Below are positions 43,950 through 56,640 of a DNA stretch of 64,000 bases, piece after piece. Position 1 is the first letter of the stretch. Each line of letters begins with the position of its first letter. The position numbers and the translations under genes are program-made. The stretch lies in the NCBI RefSeq assembly GCF_009914755.1, contig NC_060926.1. The stretch is one strand, 5' to 3'. A model generated the notes under the pieces. The model had not been told where the DNA came from and ran no database searches. It saw nothing but the letters and a program-made list of their open reading frames with translations. The DNA comes from the human T2T-CHM13v2.0 reference genome, Homo sapiens.

Positions 43950-46312
43950 GTCTCTTAAGTATACATTTTACACCATTTCTCCTTAAACCATCAACTCCTC
44001 CTCCTCCCTTACTCTCAGCTGATGACCTTGCTTCTTATTTCTTGCTAAGGAAATAGAAGCAATTAGAAGAGGACTTCCATAAGCTCTCACCACCTGATAT
44101 ATTGTAGATCTGTGTTCCTGACCAAACTGCATACTGAATTGTAGTCCCCAGTGTTTGAGATAGGGCCTGGTGGGAGGTGTTTGGATCATGGGGGCAGATT
44201 TCTCGTGAATGGTTTACCACCATCCCCCTTGGTACAGTCCTTGAGATGCTGAGTTCTCGTGAGATCTGGTCATTTGAAAGGATGTACTGCCTCTTCCTTC
44301 ACTGTCTTGCTCCTGCTATGGCCATGTGACATGCCTGCTCTTGCTTTGCCTTCCACCATGATTTTAAGTTTCCTGAGACCTCCACAGAAGCTGAGCAGAA
44401 GTTAGCACCATGTTTCCTGTACAGCCTGCAGAACCATGAACCACTTAAACCTCTTTTCTTCATAAATTACCCAGCCTCAGGTATTTCTTTATAGGAATGC
44501 GAGAATGGACTAATACACCACCTTAATTACCCACCCACCTTCATCTGCATCCATTTTCCCTGTCTTCCTTCTGTAACTGTGGATGAACCGACTGTGTCCT
44601 GTCTAAGGCCAACCCCTCTTTCCTACAGGCTAGGCCTTTTTCTCTTTCCCACATCATTATTTTTTCCCTCTCTACTGGATCATTCCCATCAGCCTGTAAA
44701 TCAAAACAAAACAAGGCCTTCCTTGACCCCATGTCCCCTTGCAGCTATATCCTCAGTTTGCTCCTTCTTTTTATAGCAGAACATTCAAAAGAGATATATT
44801 TCCTCCTTGACTCCATTTCCTTTCCTCCCATTCTCACTCTTTAATCTTTTTAAACTAGGCTTCATCTACACCACTCTTCTAAAACAGCTCCTTCAAGGTC
44901 ACCAATGAGTTCTGTATTGCTAAATGCAGTGATCAACTCTCAGTCCTATCTGATGCCCGCACAGTGTTCCCTTTGTATTTGTAAAACACTTCTTTCACCT
45001 AGCCTTTGGGACCTCTCTGAATCTCCTCCTACCTCACTCAGTCTTGTTTGCTGGAGCCTCTGAACCCTAGATGACAGTAGGCCCCACACTCAGCCTTGGC
45101 CCTTTTCATCTCCATAGATACTCACTCGCAAGATGATCTCATTCAGTGCCATGACTTCAAATGCCATTTATAGACTGAATATTCCCTAATTTATAGCTCC
45201 CTCTCTTCCAGACTCCAAAGCTAGAAATCCATTGCCTGCTTGTCATCTCCACTTGGATACGGAATAAGCATCTCAAAGGAATATTTATAAAAACAAACTG
45301 CATTTCGCTGCCTTCATCCTTCAGTCCAAGCCTCTACCTTCTCTTGCCTGGACAACTAGAATTGCCCATTAATGGTTTTCCCTGCTTCCACTTTTGCTCC
45401 TCTACAGTGGATTCTCTGTATAGCAATCAGATTAATCCTTTTTATGTATTTACTTTCATTATTATTATTATTATTTTAGAGACAGGGACTTGCTCTGTCA
45501 CCCAGGCTGGAGTGCAGTGGTGCAATCATAGCTTACCGCAACCTTGAACTCCTATGCTTGAGTGATCCCCCCACCTCAGCCTCCTGAGTAGTTGGGACTA
45601 CAGGTATGCCACCATGCCTGGGTAATTTTTTTTTTATTTTTAGTAGAGATGAGTTCTCACTATGTTGCCCAGGCTGGTCTCAAACTCCTGAGCTCAAGTG
45701 ATCCTTCCAGCTCGGCCTCCCAAAATGTTGGGGTTGCAGGTGTGACCCAGCATGGCTGGCCCAGAGTGATCTTTTTAATAAAATCAGGGAGCTAGGCACA
45801 GGGACAAGTGCCCATAGTCCCAGCTACTCAGGAGGCTGAGGCGGGAGGATGGCTTGAGCCCAGGAGTTTGAGGCCTGCCTGAGCAACATAAAGAGACCTA
45901 GTCTCTAAAAAAATAAAAAATAAAGTCAGATCATGCTAGTCCTCTGCCCAAACTCTCCAACTGCTTTCCCTTTCTTTCAGAATAAACTCTGAAGTCCTTA
46001 CCATGGTCTACACTGCCTTACTTGTTCTGGCCTTCTACCACCCCTCTGATCTCATTTCCTAGCCATGCCCTGTTCTCACTCCACTCCAGGCACCCTAGAC
46101 TTCTTGTAGCCCTTTAAATGCTCCAAGAAAATTCTCATTGCAAGACCTTTAAATGTGCTGTTCCCTCTGCCAGGCATGCTCTTCCCTGATATTTGCAGGA
46201 CTTACTCCCAATTTCCTTTGTGTTTTTTTCTGATGTCTTCCCTGACTATCATCCACATGATACTAATTAGCCCTTCTCCCCTCATTACCTCTTACTCCTA
46301 TCCCTTCTCCTG

Positions 46313-46364
<52 letters not shown>

Positions 46365-47005
46365 TCCTTATCATTTGACATTTATATGGAACAGGATCCT
46401 GGTAGGAAACAGATGGCACATTCATTGGGGTAATTTAACAAAGACACTATTTTCAAGGATGTAGGCAAGGTTAAGAGAACCAACCAGGGATGGTGAAGCA
46501 CACAGTCTGGCAATAGTCAGAAGCTATTTTAAAGAAAGTGAGGTGGTCCTGAAGGGACGAGGGAAGGGTGTTGATACTGGAACCCAGAGAGAGCTCTAGC
46601 CATGGTAGAGAGGACTTCCATCAGGAGATGTGGCCTTAGAAGAATGTGGCCACTGCCTAATGACCACCCGGTAGAAGGAGTGCCAAGGGAATAAATACCC
46701 TCATCTTCCTCCTTCTGACCTCCTGTCTCCTACAGGTGTCCCCTGTTGGCCAAACCCAGCCAGAAGCCAGAGGTCAAGGAAGCCCAAGTGATACGACAGA
46801 GATCAGCCTCCAGGGGCACGAAGCAGCATGGAAAAGGGTGGGAGTGGATCTGCGGTAGCAAAGAGGGACTGTCCAGCACACATTATCTATGTTTTTATTT
46901 CTTGATGATCTTTTTTCCTCACTAGGTTGTAAGCCCCATGGAAGCAGAAACTAAAGCAGTGCCAGGCACAAAAAGGGTGGTCCGCAAAGATTTTTAAAGT
47001 GAACA
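43950..47005 (+). mobile_element. Long L2 remnant interrupted by MST LTR (about 44100-44518), AluJ (45459-45761, minus), FLAM (45789-45924), (TG)n (46316-46361) and an ERVL-class LTR (about 46380-46880)
   Basis: L2 ORF2/3' motifs (TCAAGGTCACCAATGA, CATCTCCACTTGGAT, TGCTGTTCCCTCTGCC) resume across each insertion. Confidence 0.75.
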
Positions 47006-49307
47006 AACATGTGATATGTGGGCATGTGGTGAGGTGGGCTGTGAGGTAAGAAGAGATGAGATCTGTGAGGTCATGACCCTGAGACCATGTGGCTGAGGGC
47101 AGGGAGTCACTTGGAGACCTGGGAAATCTGATGGCCATCTTTAAGGCAAATGATGAAAAATGGACACAAAGCACAGCCTAGAGAAGCATCACAAAGGAAA
47201 CAGCCACGCACGGCATATTCTGTGGGACACAAATGTGCTGAGGCTAGAAGAAGCCTCCAGCTGCAGCAGCAACAGCGGTGATAGCAGAGAATATTTGCTG
47301 GCAAAAGGAGAATGTTCTTGCATTATAATCACTAGAAATAATAATAATAATAAAAAAAGCAGAGACCCTGACAGCCCTGCAGTCATCCAAGAAGATTAGC
47401 ATAAAAAGCAAGAGGCAGATAAACTGGATTCTGATTGTGGCACGCCCATGGTGGGGGTGTTCAGGGCCCCCGTCATTTCCATAGGCTTGGAGCTACAGCA
47501 GCTGGTAGGCAGACCCTTACCATTTCTGCACTAGAAAATCTAATCATATTCATGTTTTGTAATTTTTTAAAAAGATTCTGTGGAAGATTTCATTGGGAAA
47601 ACAGAAGAAGTAATTTATATTGCCTACTACATACCAAACGACTACAGATATGGTTTGCCCAAATCCTATACACCTTCTCTACCTGTTCCACCTTTTCCAT
47701 TAGGCATTTTAGTTCCCAACTTGAATACCTACTCAGTCTGAAAAACAAAGGCCCTCTTTGGAGGGGAGTTTAGGTAATATGTATTATTGCTGGAGAAGGC
47801 CCCTTAGGAGTCCCACTTTGAAACTCAAAGGAGGAAATAAAATACCTCTTCCAACTACTCACATACTCTTTCTGATAAGAGGACCATCAGTGGAATTCTC
47901 CCTAACTAATGAACGTATGACAAAGTTATGTAGGCTAATAGGTTATCAAACAGCCTATGCATGAGTCATTCTTCCTCTTCCTGTGGTCTTTTTCATCTCA
48001 TTCCTGTTGCTTCTTAAATCCCAATTTAAAGAAGCCCCTCAGATAGTGTCAACCAGACGTTCCAAAGTGGGTAGACTCAACTCAGCACCCAGCACTGATG
48101 TATGTGCCCAGACAGAACAGCTCTGTTTGAGGCTGCTGTGCTGCCTGTTCCACAGATGCTAGGGACAGCTCAGGCACCAGCTGTGTTATGCTGGAACCAG
48201 CTGGGGGGAATAAAGAGAGCAGGAGGCACTGCCCTGTAAGAGCCTTCAGCCTCTCTTGAATACCAGTGTGGAAGCAAAAGATTAAGTGTCAAAATGCATG
48301 GTGGAGACAGGGAGGTAATGCTGGGGAAGGGAGATGGCATGGGTATAAGAAGAGCCAGGTCGGAAGAGCCTCCTGGAGTGTGTGGGTACCCAGGGGTACA
48401 AGATGCAGTTTCCATGAGAGGCTGTGGTGCAAAACGGAGGTGCACATAGCCTGTTGTGGAGACAACTAAAGCCCCCAAGTTACAGAAGAGTTTGTTGTGT
48501 TCACCGGGCAGAGAGAAACATTCAAGATCTCTTTCAAGTAATTCAGGGTAAATGAGTAACCAAGCAGAGGGAAGGCCAGTCTGGCTGAAACTGTGAGCAG
48601 AGGAGTCTAGCCAAAGGGCAGCTGTTGGGGCAAAAGCGGGTGATGAGGGGGCTAAGGAGGCACACTGGCTGGAAAGAAAGACATTGTCATCCTGCCCTGT
48701 CCTTGTGCAGCCTGGGCAGTGGTGTCTCATCTGACCTGAGGGCTGCCATCCTGAGGGGCAGCATTAACACAAATTTGGGTAAAGCCATTCTTTCTCTAAA
48801 AATGTCCCAATTATTCCCCTAAAACTCTAATCATTCCCCTAAAACTCTAATCATTCTTAAGTCCTATGATCTTTTAAAAAAGACTTTACTGTAGAGTTCA
48901 TGCTTTTACTTATGCCCTTTGATATGCATGCAACTCCTTTCAACAAATTCACCACTATGGCCACTTTCCCTTACAGGGGTAAAATAGATGTGCTGTATTT
49001 TCTGTGCTCCAGAGTGTATGGCCAATCTTCAAAATCTCTATATCTGACTTGCCCTTTGGGTCCGCGTTGAATCAAAATGATCCTAGAGTTGAATGGATGA
49101 GGGTGAGGTGGATGGAGGACATGGCTGGGTATAAACTTCCAGGGGAGCCTGCAGGTGTTGATCTCTTCTGGTCAGCTGGTGTTCCCAAGCACTGAGTCCA
49201 TTCTCAAGATTCACAGATGGAGGATGGAGGAGGGTCTCAGGGAGTTAGCCCGTGGAGGGAAGCAAAAGAATCAGTCTACATTGGAGTGGACCTCCCTTAA
49301 ACAGAGG

Positions 49308-49677
49308 CTGCTTTAATCTAAATGTTTATGGCTCTTTCAAATTCGTATCTTGAAATCCTCACCCCTAAAAAGTGATGGTATTAGGAGGTGGGACCTTTGG
49401 GAGGCAAATAGATCAAGGGGACAGAGCCCTTATGAATGGGACTAGTGCCCTTATAAAAGAGGCCTGAGAGAGACCCCTCATCACCCTTTCTACCATGTGA
49501 GGTTGGAGTGAGGTTACTGTCTATGAGCCAGGAAGTGGGCCCTCACCAGACACCAAATCTGCCAGCACCTTGATCTTGGACCTCCCAGCCTCTGGAACAG
49601 TGAGATAGGAATTTCTGTTTTTTATAAGCTACCTGATCTGTGGCATTTTGTTACAGCAGCCCAAACAGACTAAGACA
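49308..49677 (+). mobile_element. MLT1A-type MaLR solo LTR
   Basis: GTGATGGTATTAGGAGGTGGGACCTTTGGGAGG...TTTTGTTACAGCAGCCCAAACAGACTAAGACA. Confidence 0.85.
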
Positions 49678-52600
49678 GAGATATAATCTAGATTCACAAG
49701 GGCCATGCAGTGAAATGTCAGGGCGGCATACAAAACGGTGCATACCGTGGATGGGTGAATTCATGGGCACTAAATTCCATTAAGATGCAACACTTCATAC
49801 TTCTAAAAGCACTGGATAACCTGGATTTTGGCCTGGGAGACAGGCTCTCACTGACTGAGTTTCAGCGAACTCCTTTGAACTGTTGGGATTTTAGAGGCAG
49901 TAAGTGTGGGGCGGCTGGGTGGGCACTCAGGAGACGGAGTTGATCGTGGGAAGCTTCCAAACTCTGCCCTGCACGACTGCTCGGCCCAGCACAGTGGCTG
50001 GGAAAGGAAAAAAAAATAATTAGACACCACAAGGGCCCCTTATGGCTTGAGATTCTCTTCGCCTCCTGGTCTGACACAGCCCCCACTGGTATGTAGTGCT
50101 TTGGGGCATGGTTCTTTGAGCTTACGACTTATTCAAGATGCCTTTGAAGCTAGACTCAGCGTAAGCCAGGCCGGGATGTGGGCAGGTTGGCGCTTGATCT
50201 CCATTCATATTTACAAAGGCTGCTTCAAAAAGGAAAGCTAATTGTGATGTATCAATGCCCAGGTGACCTGAATGCTGCTACAAATTGCCTCCTCGGGCAT
50301 AGAGGTACTGGGTAGTCTTCTGTTCTTTATCTTTGTTACACCTGGCCAATTCCTTTAGGCTGGCTTCCTTCCTCCCTCCCTTCCTTCTATCCTTCCTTCC
50401 TTTCTTTTTTCTTTTCCCTGTCCACATATTTTACATCAGGCCTGATCCTGTCACTACCCCAGGTTTGATTAACTTAGGCAAACCCTTCATCATACCCAGC
50501 TGCTGATTTCAGATGCAGAGTGGGGAGATAAAAAACTGTCAAGAGGGGAAAATGGATGAGCAGCAGATAAATGGTGGCAGGGGGGCCGGGGGGTGGTGCA
50601 ATTTTCTCAGGCACGGCCTGCCACTTTCCTGGCTTATAATTAGAGACATAAGAAATATGTTTTTCTTCCCAGATTCGGACTCTGTTTTTCGTTTTCAAAA
50701 AGCCATCTGAATCCCATCTTTAGCGTGATCTTCTGCTATTTTGCTGGCGGTTCCACAATAGCCACCAACTTAGGGACTGCCGAGAGGAGCCAGATATCCC
50801 TGCCAGAGAAAATGCATCCCTGAACCTGACATCTGGGTCTTGCAGCTGGAGGGAAGGAGGAGACAAAAAAGATGCAGTCCTGAGTGTCATCAAAGGCAGT
50901 TGATGGTGCCAAGCGAGTATGGAAATTACATACAGTGCAGATGCCATTTTCAACATCAGACGAATAATGCAGCTATTTAAGAAAAACAAAGATGTGCTTA
51001 GAAATTGATCATCCGTGTACGTGCAGTGAAAATGTTCATGGCTTCCAGGGTGTGACAGGGATGGGCAGCATGCTCATTTCCAAACCATTCACATTCTTTT
51101 CTCACTGTGATTCTGAAAGAGTAACTGAAGAAGTCAGATTATTTTCCCCCTCTTATGAAACACAAGGGGGAAGAAGTTACTTGAAATTGAGCTTTAGAAC
51201 ACACTCTACATGGGCATTTAAGGTTTTCAGGTTTATGCCAGCTTTTTTTTTCTTCTTCTAAGCAGCATTTTAGATTGCTCTGCGAGACAGACAAGGGAAT
51301 ATGAAAGCCAGAAAGTACACTCAGTTATCTACAGGCCACGATCAATCACAAAGAATTAGTTCATTGTGCCATGATTTGAGGGAGGAGAAGCGGACAGAGA
51401 GGAAATTGCAAATGCTGATGAGCATGAAAGCACCTTGCCCCTCTTTCTTTCTTTCCTCTTCTGAGTTAGATCTGTTCAAGATTAGAGGATGCACAGTGCC
51501 ACGAATGTTCAGGTTAGAGGCACTGTGCAGATTCACTTTTGGTTTATGCAAGGTGAACACAGAGGTAGTAGGGGCAAATACCAGCTCCAGGCCCAGGAAC
51601 AAATATTTCAGAAAAAGGCTCTATTACCTTTTGTTACTAGCAAAACACACATTGTCAGGAGAGAGGCCTCCTCTCTGTAAAAGTATCTTTACCAAGGGGA
51701 AGGCTGGGAGGAGATAGGATTTTTGTAATCTAAAAGATGACTTAAAACTGGGAATTTCATGTTTTCACTGGAACAGCCAGTGGGTTTAAGTGGTTTTTGT
51801 TATCAATTACCCCTTAAAAAAAAAACTTTATTTTTGTCGTTATTTAAAGGAAAACATTGTTTGAACTTGGCAGTCAAAATAATGTTCCAGAACTTCTGGG
51901 GTACTGAGCTCTGGGCATCCTCGTGGTGACTTCAGAATTTATGTCTAGGAGGGCTTAGGGGTGGAGATCTGTTGGAGTAACACCAGCTGGGGGTCTTGGC
52001 TTGAACTATGTTTATATGGCAAGCACACTATTGTCACTTAGACTGTACAATTATTTGTAGAGGCTTGGAGAACTGTTAGCCTAAAGCCCCCTAAATCTCC
52101 CCCTTGACATCACCTCTGTTCTTGTCCTGAGCCTGCTTTTCTCCACGTGGGCACTACTGCATTTTCGAATGGGCCATTCTTCTTTATGCGGGGCTATCCT
52201 GTACTGCTGGACTTTCAACATCCCTGGCCCTGCTCACTAATTGCCAGAAAACTGGAGGTGGCCACTGTGACAACCAAAAAAATCACCCCACACTTCCTGA
52301 TGCCTTGCTGAGAATCATTAGGTTTATTTCAGTCCTCACATACATACTTTTTTGAGCGCATTTGGGTGAAAAATCAATAAGCATATACATAAACAAAGCG
52401 GAGTCACTGGGGAGACAGTGCTGTCTGGAACAGTGGCTCTGTATTTTGTCTCCTCATTTCTATACCAGTCATGTGCACAATACGTGCCTGTCAGTAATAG
52501 CTCTCATTAAAATAAATTATTTTCAATTTATTTAGGACAAAGGTGGGAGTGCAGATTGAAAAATTTTTTCCTTAGATTCAGCACCTATGAAGGGTCTCAT

Positions 52601-52695
52601 ACTTACCCCATATCTCTGATTGAGTGTCCCTGGTGAATTGAATTGAAAGTGCACTGAACTACAAAGACAATTTGCCATAAGATAGCTGTTATATG

Positions 52696-52984
52696 GCTGG
52701 GTGCGGTGGCTCATGCCTGTAATCTCAGCACTTTGGGAGGCTGAGGTGGGCAGATCACGAGGTCAGGAGTTTGAGACTAGCCTGACCAACATGGTGAAAC
52801 CCCATCTCTACTAAAAATACAAAAATTAGCCGGGCATGGTGGCACGTGCTTGTAATCCCTGCTATTTAGGAGGCTGCAGCAAGAGAATCACTTGAACCCA
52901 GGAGGCAGAGGTTGCGGTGAGCCAAGATTGTGCCACTGTACTCCATCCTGGGCAACAGAAGAAGACTCCATCTCAAAAAAAAAA
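52696..52984 (+). mobile_element. Alu (AluS-type)
   Basis: Full dimer; TSD ATAGCTGTTAT. Confidence 0.95.
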
Positions 52985-53159
52985 ATAGCTGTTATGTTAT
53001 GCAAGCTGTTTGACACCTTTATGCCTCAACTACTTCATCCGCAAGATGGGGATAATAATGTGTGCTCTACTTACCTCGTAAGGTTGTGAGGACAAAACTA
53101 AAACTGTAAGATTGCTTTGAGGAGCTAAATGCATCATGGATAAGTGGTGCAATTCCTAT

Positions 53160-53770
53160 GCAGACAGTATGATGGTTCCTCACAGGACCCAGCAATCCTA
53201 TGAGGAACCATCAGCAATCCAGCAATCCGGCTTCTGGATTTATATCCAAAATAATCAAAATCAGAGTCTCAAAGAGATATTTGCATACCAACATTCATAG
53301 CAGCATTATTCACAATAGCCAAGAGGTGGGAGCAACCCAAGTTACCATCCACAAATGAATGGATAAACAAAATGTGATATACACATACAATGGAATATTA
53401 TTCAGTCTTGAAGAGGAAGGAGACCCTGTCGCATGCTACAACTTGCGTGAACCTTAAGGACATTATTCTAAGTGAAATAAGCCAGGAACAAAAAGGCAAC
53501 TACCATATGATTCCACTTATATGAGGTACCTAGAGTAGTCAAACTCAGAAACAGAAAGTAGAAAGGTGGTTACTGGGGACTGGAGGAGGGGAAAGGAGAG
53601 TTATTGTTTTAATGAGTATAGGGTTTCAGAAGACAAAAAAGTTCTAGAGATTTGTTTCACAACAATGTGAATATACTTGACGCTGCTGAACTTTACGCCC
53701 ACCTAAAAAAGGTTAAGATGATAAATTTTATGTTAAATATTTTTTGTTTGTTTGTTTTACCACAATGAGA
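53160..53770 (+). mobile_element. L1MA/MB-type 3' end
   Basis: TTCATAGCAGCATTATTCACAATAGCCAAG...GGTTAAGATGATAAATTTTATGTT. Confidence 0.85.
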
Positions 53771-54275
53771 AAGAAAGCACGGTAGAAACAGAAGGTATCA
53801 TTATCAAGTATAACCCAGAGGTTGGGAGAACAACAGGTGCATCTGTACATTTTCCAAGGTAGGCAAATTATATCAGTGGGTCCACTGTCCTGGGTTCCCC
53901 AAGGACACTTTTACTGAGGAACACATAAAGGAATAAAGCAGGGAAGTATTTAGAAAAGTATTTCTTAAAGTGGGAAATATACTAGCATTCCCTAAGGAAT
54001 TAAAAAAAAACACAGGTCAGTGTTCTTGGCTGCAAATAACAGAAGCTACTCTGGTTAGCCATATTAGTCAGGATTCTCTAGAAAAACAGAACCAGTGGGA
54101 TATATCTACATGTAGAAAGATATTTATTTGAAGGAATTGGCTCATAGGATTATGGAGGCTGACAAGATCAAAATCTGCAGAGTGGGCCTGTAGGCTGGAG
54201 ACCCAGGGAAGAGTCAATGTGGAGGTTCAAGTCCAACAGCCATCAAGCTGAAGAACCAGGAAAGAGCTAATGCAT

Positions 54276-54718
54276 TGTAACCTGCACAGACCTAGATGGA
54301 CTGAACAAAGAGGGGCAAACATGGGAATAAAAGATAAGAGACAAAAGAGTATATTTGGAAGAGGGGTCAGGGGGCACCTTGCCTCTAGTGGACAAGGGCC
54401 CCGAGCTTTACACAGCCCTCCGTATTTATTAGGCAAAAGAGATAGTGAGAAGGAGAATGGAAGAAGGGGTCAGCTGCTCAATCCAGAGTAGGCTTGCAAG
54501 ATTGTATTCCTCAAACAACAGGCTCTAGATATCACAGTAGATAGCCTCGGTGCCAGGGAGTGATTGCCTCCAGCAAAACTTCTGTTGGCTTCTGTTGGCA
54601 GGAGCAGTTGTGAGTTTGCTCACATCCTGCATTCATGATAAACAGTTTGCTGTTTGATCATATAGCCTCCAGTAGAATGCCAAGTTGGTCACGTCCCATG
54701 GGCCTTTGGCTCCCTGCA
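54276..54718 (-). repeat. 3' LTR (LTR3-like), 443 bp
   Basis: Direct repeat of 59287-59719 with an extra 10-bp TTCTGTTGGC duplication; preceded on the minus strand by purine tract AGGAAGGGAGATA. Confidence 0.95.
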
Positions 54719-54732
54719 TATCTCCCTTCCTG

Positions 54733-55800
54733 TTAATGAATTAATTGAAAGAATGTAAGGCCAGGCTGGGCAGCTCTCATTCTCCAATTGGCAGTCCATC
54801 CTCTTTTACCGACTATAAACAGAAGACAGAGACAAAACAACATTATTCCAAGAACCATACAAAAGATGTAAATGTGGTGCCTTAGATAGGTCCAAGGGTT
54901 GAGGCTCTCCAGGCCTTGCTGGAATTTGGTGCAGTCTTCTAAAGAAGGCTGAAACTCTTGAGTTGGGTTATTTAAATAAAGAATTTTGTTTTGTAATTCA
55001 CCAATATCAAAGGTGATGTTGGATGTGAAAGTTCCCTGCAAATGGGCTTTCACAAGGTCCCACAGATACTCACTTTGGTTATATTCCAAGTTGGTTACAC
55101 AAATATGAGTGTGATTAAAATGACAATGCAATTGCTGCTGCAATTGCAAGCTTTGTACTTGTTCCCCTAACCATAGAACTGTGGATTTTAACATTGCCAC
55201 TTCAGTTTGTAACTCAGTGTTAATTTTACTCTGAAGTAGCCATGCTTGGTCGGCTGTGCATGTCCAGTTCTCCATGTACTGAGCTGTTTGAACAGAACTA
55301 TGCAAAGCTGCAGAAGATATCACAACAGAAGTTATTAGTGTGATCAAGGAAACAATAGCAAAAATTATCATGCCTAAGGCTCTATGGACACAATGAGTAA
55401 GCTCAGTTAGAAGAAGTTTTGCAAAAGGCAAAGCAGGTGTAGCAGCCCAAGGCTCAGACGGATGAATAGGGATGCGACCTAAAATCATCAAAGGAGAGAT
55501 GTTATGTGTTTGCAATGTGCTAAGATTAATGCAGTGATAGAACTGGCAAGACTTACAGATCAATTGGGTATTGTTTACCTGGAGCTGGTCCTTCTTAGCT
55601 GCTAGAAAGACATGAGGATTAAAAACACAAACTGTAAATTGAGTGGTGATATTCTTTACAAATGTAACATTGGAACTGTGTTGTGTCTTTGGTCGGCCTT
55701 CTCTCTGTCTTTGCACTCAAGCTCAGCTGACTCATGGCTCATACCAGAGGGACCAAGCCCATGGTTGGCCACCCTGGGTTCCTCCAGTCTCCCGTTCCAT
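54733..55800 (-). pseudogene. env: env, internally deleted; C-terminal SU plus complete TM open for 327 codons (54733-55716)
   Basis: Fusion peptide GMIIFAIVSLITLITSVVISSAAL, heptad region, CX7C (CHFNHTHIC), TM anchor IYIFCMVLGIMLFCLCLLFIV; upstream ATG at 55800 is separated by three in-frame TGA. Confidence 0.88.
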
Positions 55801-56640
55801 GCTGGCATGCACCTTGAGGGCACCCACACGGTTTATCCATCTCCTGTAAAAACACAAGCATATCCTCTTCCCCGTGTCAGTAAATCCACTGGACCTTTCC
55901 ATTGTCCTTCTTGTGGGGATTTCCACAACACTTTTGGATTAACTTTCCTCTTTTCCTCTAACACTTGCCAATGTCTTTCTGCTGGAGTCTTACCATCCGT
56001 ACCAGGAGTCCAAAAATTTAAAGTAAATAAGGCTAAATGTAGTTTTCATTGAGGTGGTAGTTGGCCTCCTATACCCCCTTTTTGTTTTTTCAACATGCAT
56101 TGTAATGTTTGATGTGCCCGTTCTACAATGCCTCGTCCTCTAGGATTACAAGGAATTCCTGTTTTATGGGTTATAGCCCAAAGTTGTAAGAAATGTTGAA
56201 AAGCATGACTAGTATAAGTGGGTCCCCTGTCAGTTTTTAATTGTTTAGGTATTCCCATATAAGCAAATAATGACAGACAATGTCACCCTACGTGACCAGC
56301 TGTCTCACCACTTTGGCATGTAGCATGCAGCATATGAGAATAAGTGAAACAAATTAAGCAGTTCTGGGTCTAGTGTACTTTTAACTGCAGCAGTTTCTAT
56401 GCAACTGGCTACATTTACAACATAAGCTGAATCACAGACAATGTTGATAGGATCTGAAGCTGTGAGCTGTAAAACCTGAATGCCAGCAGTTAGCTCTGAG
56501 CATTGAGTTGAAGCACCAGAGGTATCTAACTTCTCCTGTGTTAGAGGCCATTGATCCACCTGCACAGGTTTGTCACTAAACCATTCTAATAGTAAGGCAG
56601 TGGGTGGAGGAGAAATATCAATGACCCCCATCAGAAATCC
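55690..56640 (-). pseudogene. pol: pol remnant: RT N-terminus, partial RNase H, integrase core and C-terminus
   Basis: DQWPLTQEKL joined directly to RNase H (ELTA...NIVCDSAYVV), then integrase GIPKQLKTDRGPTY...GIVERAHQTL; no YxDD region present. Confidence 0.88.

Noticed and set aside
48170-48730. 186-aa minus-strand ORF
   Set aside because: No domain motif or splice support; low-information P/S/L-rich composition.
54381-54392. CTCF-like site in each LTR (TCCACTAGAGGC on the minus strand)
   Set aside because: One base short of the core spacing; cannot be supported without ChIP data.
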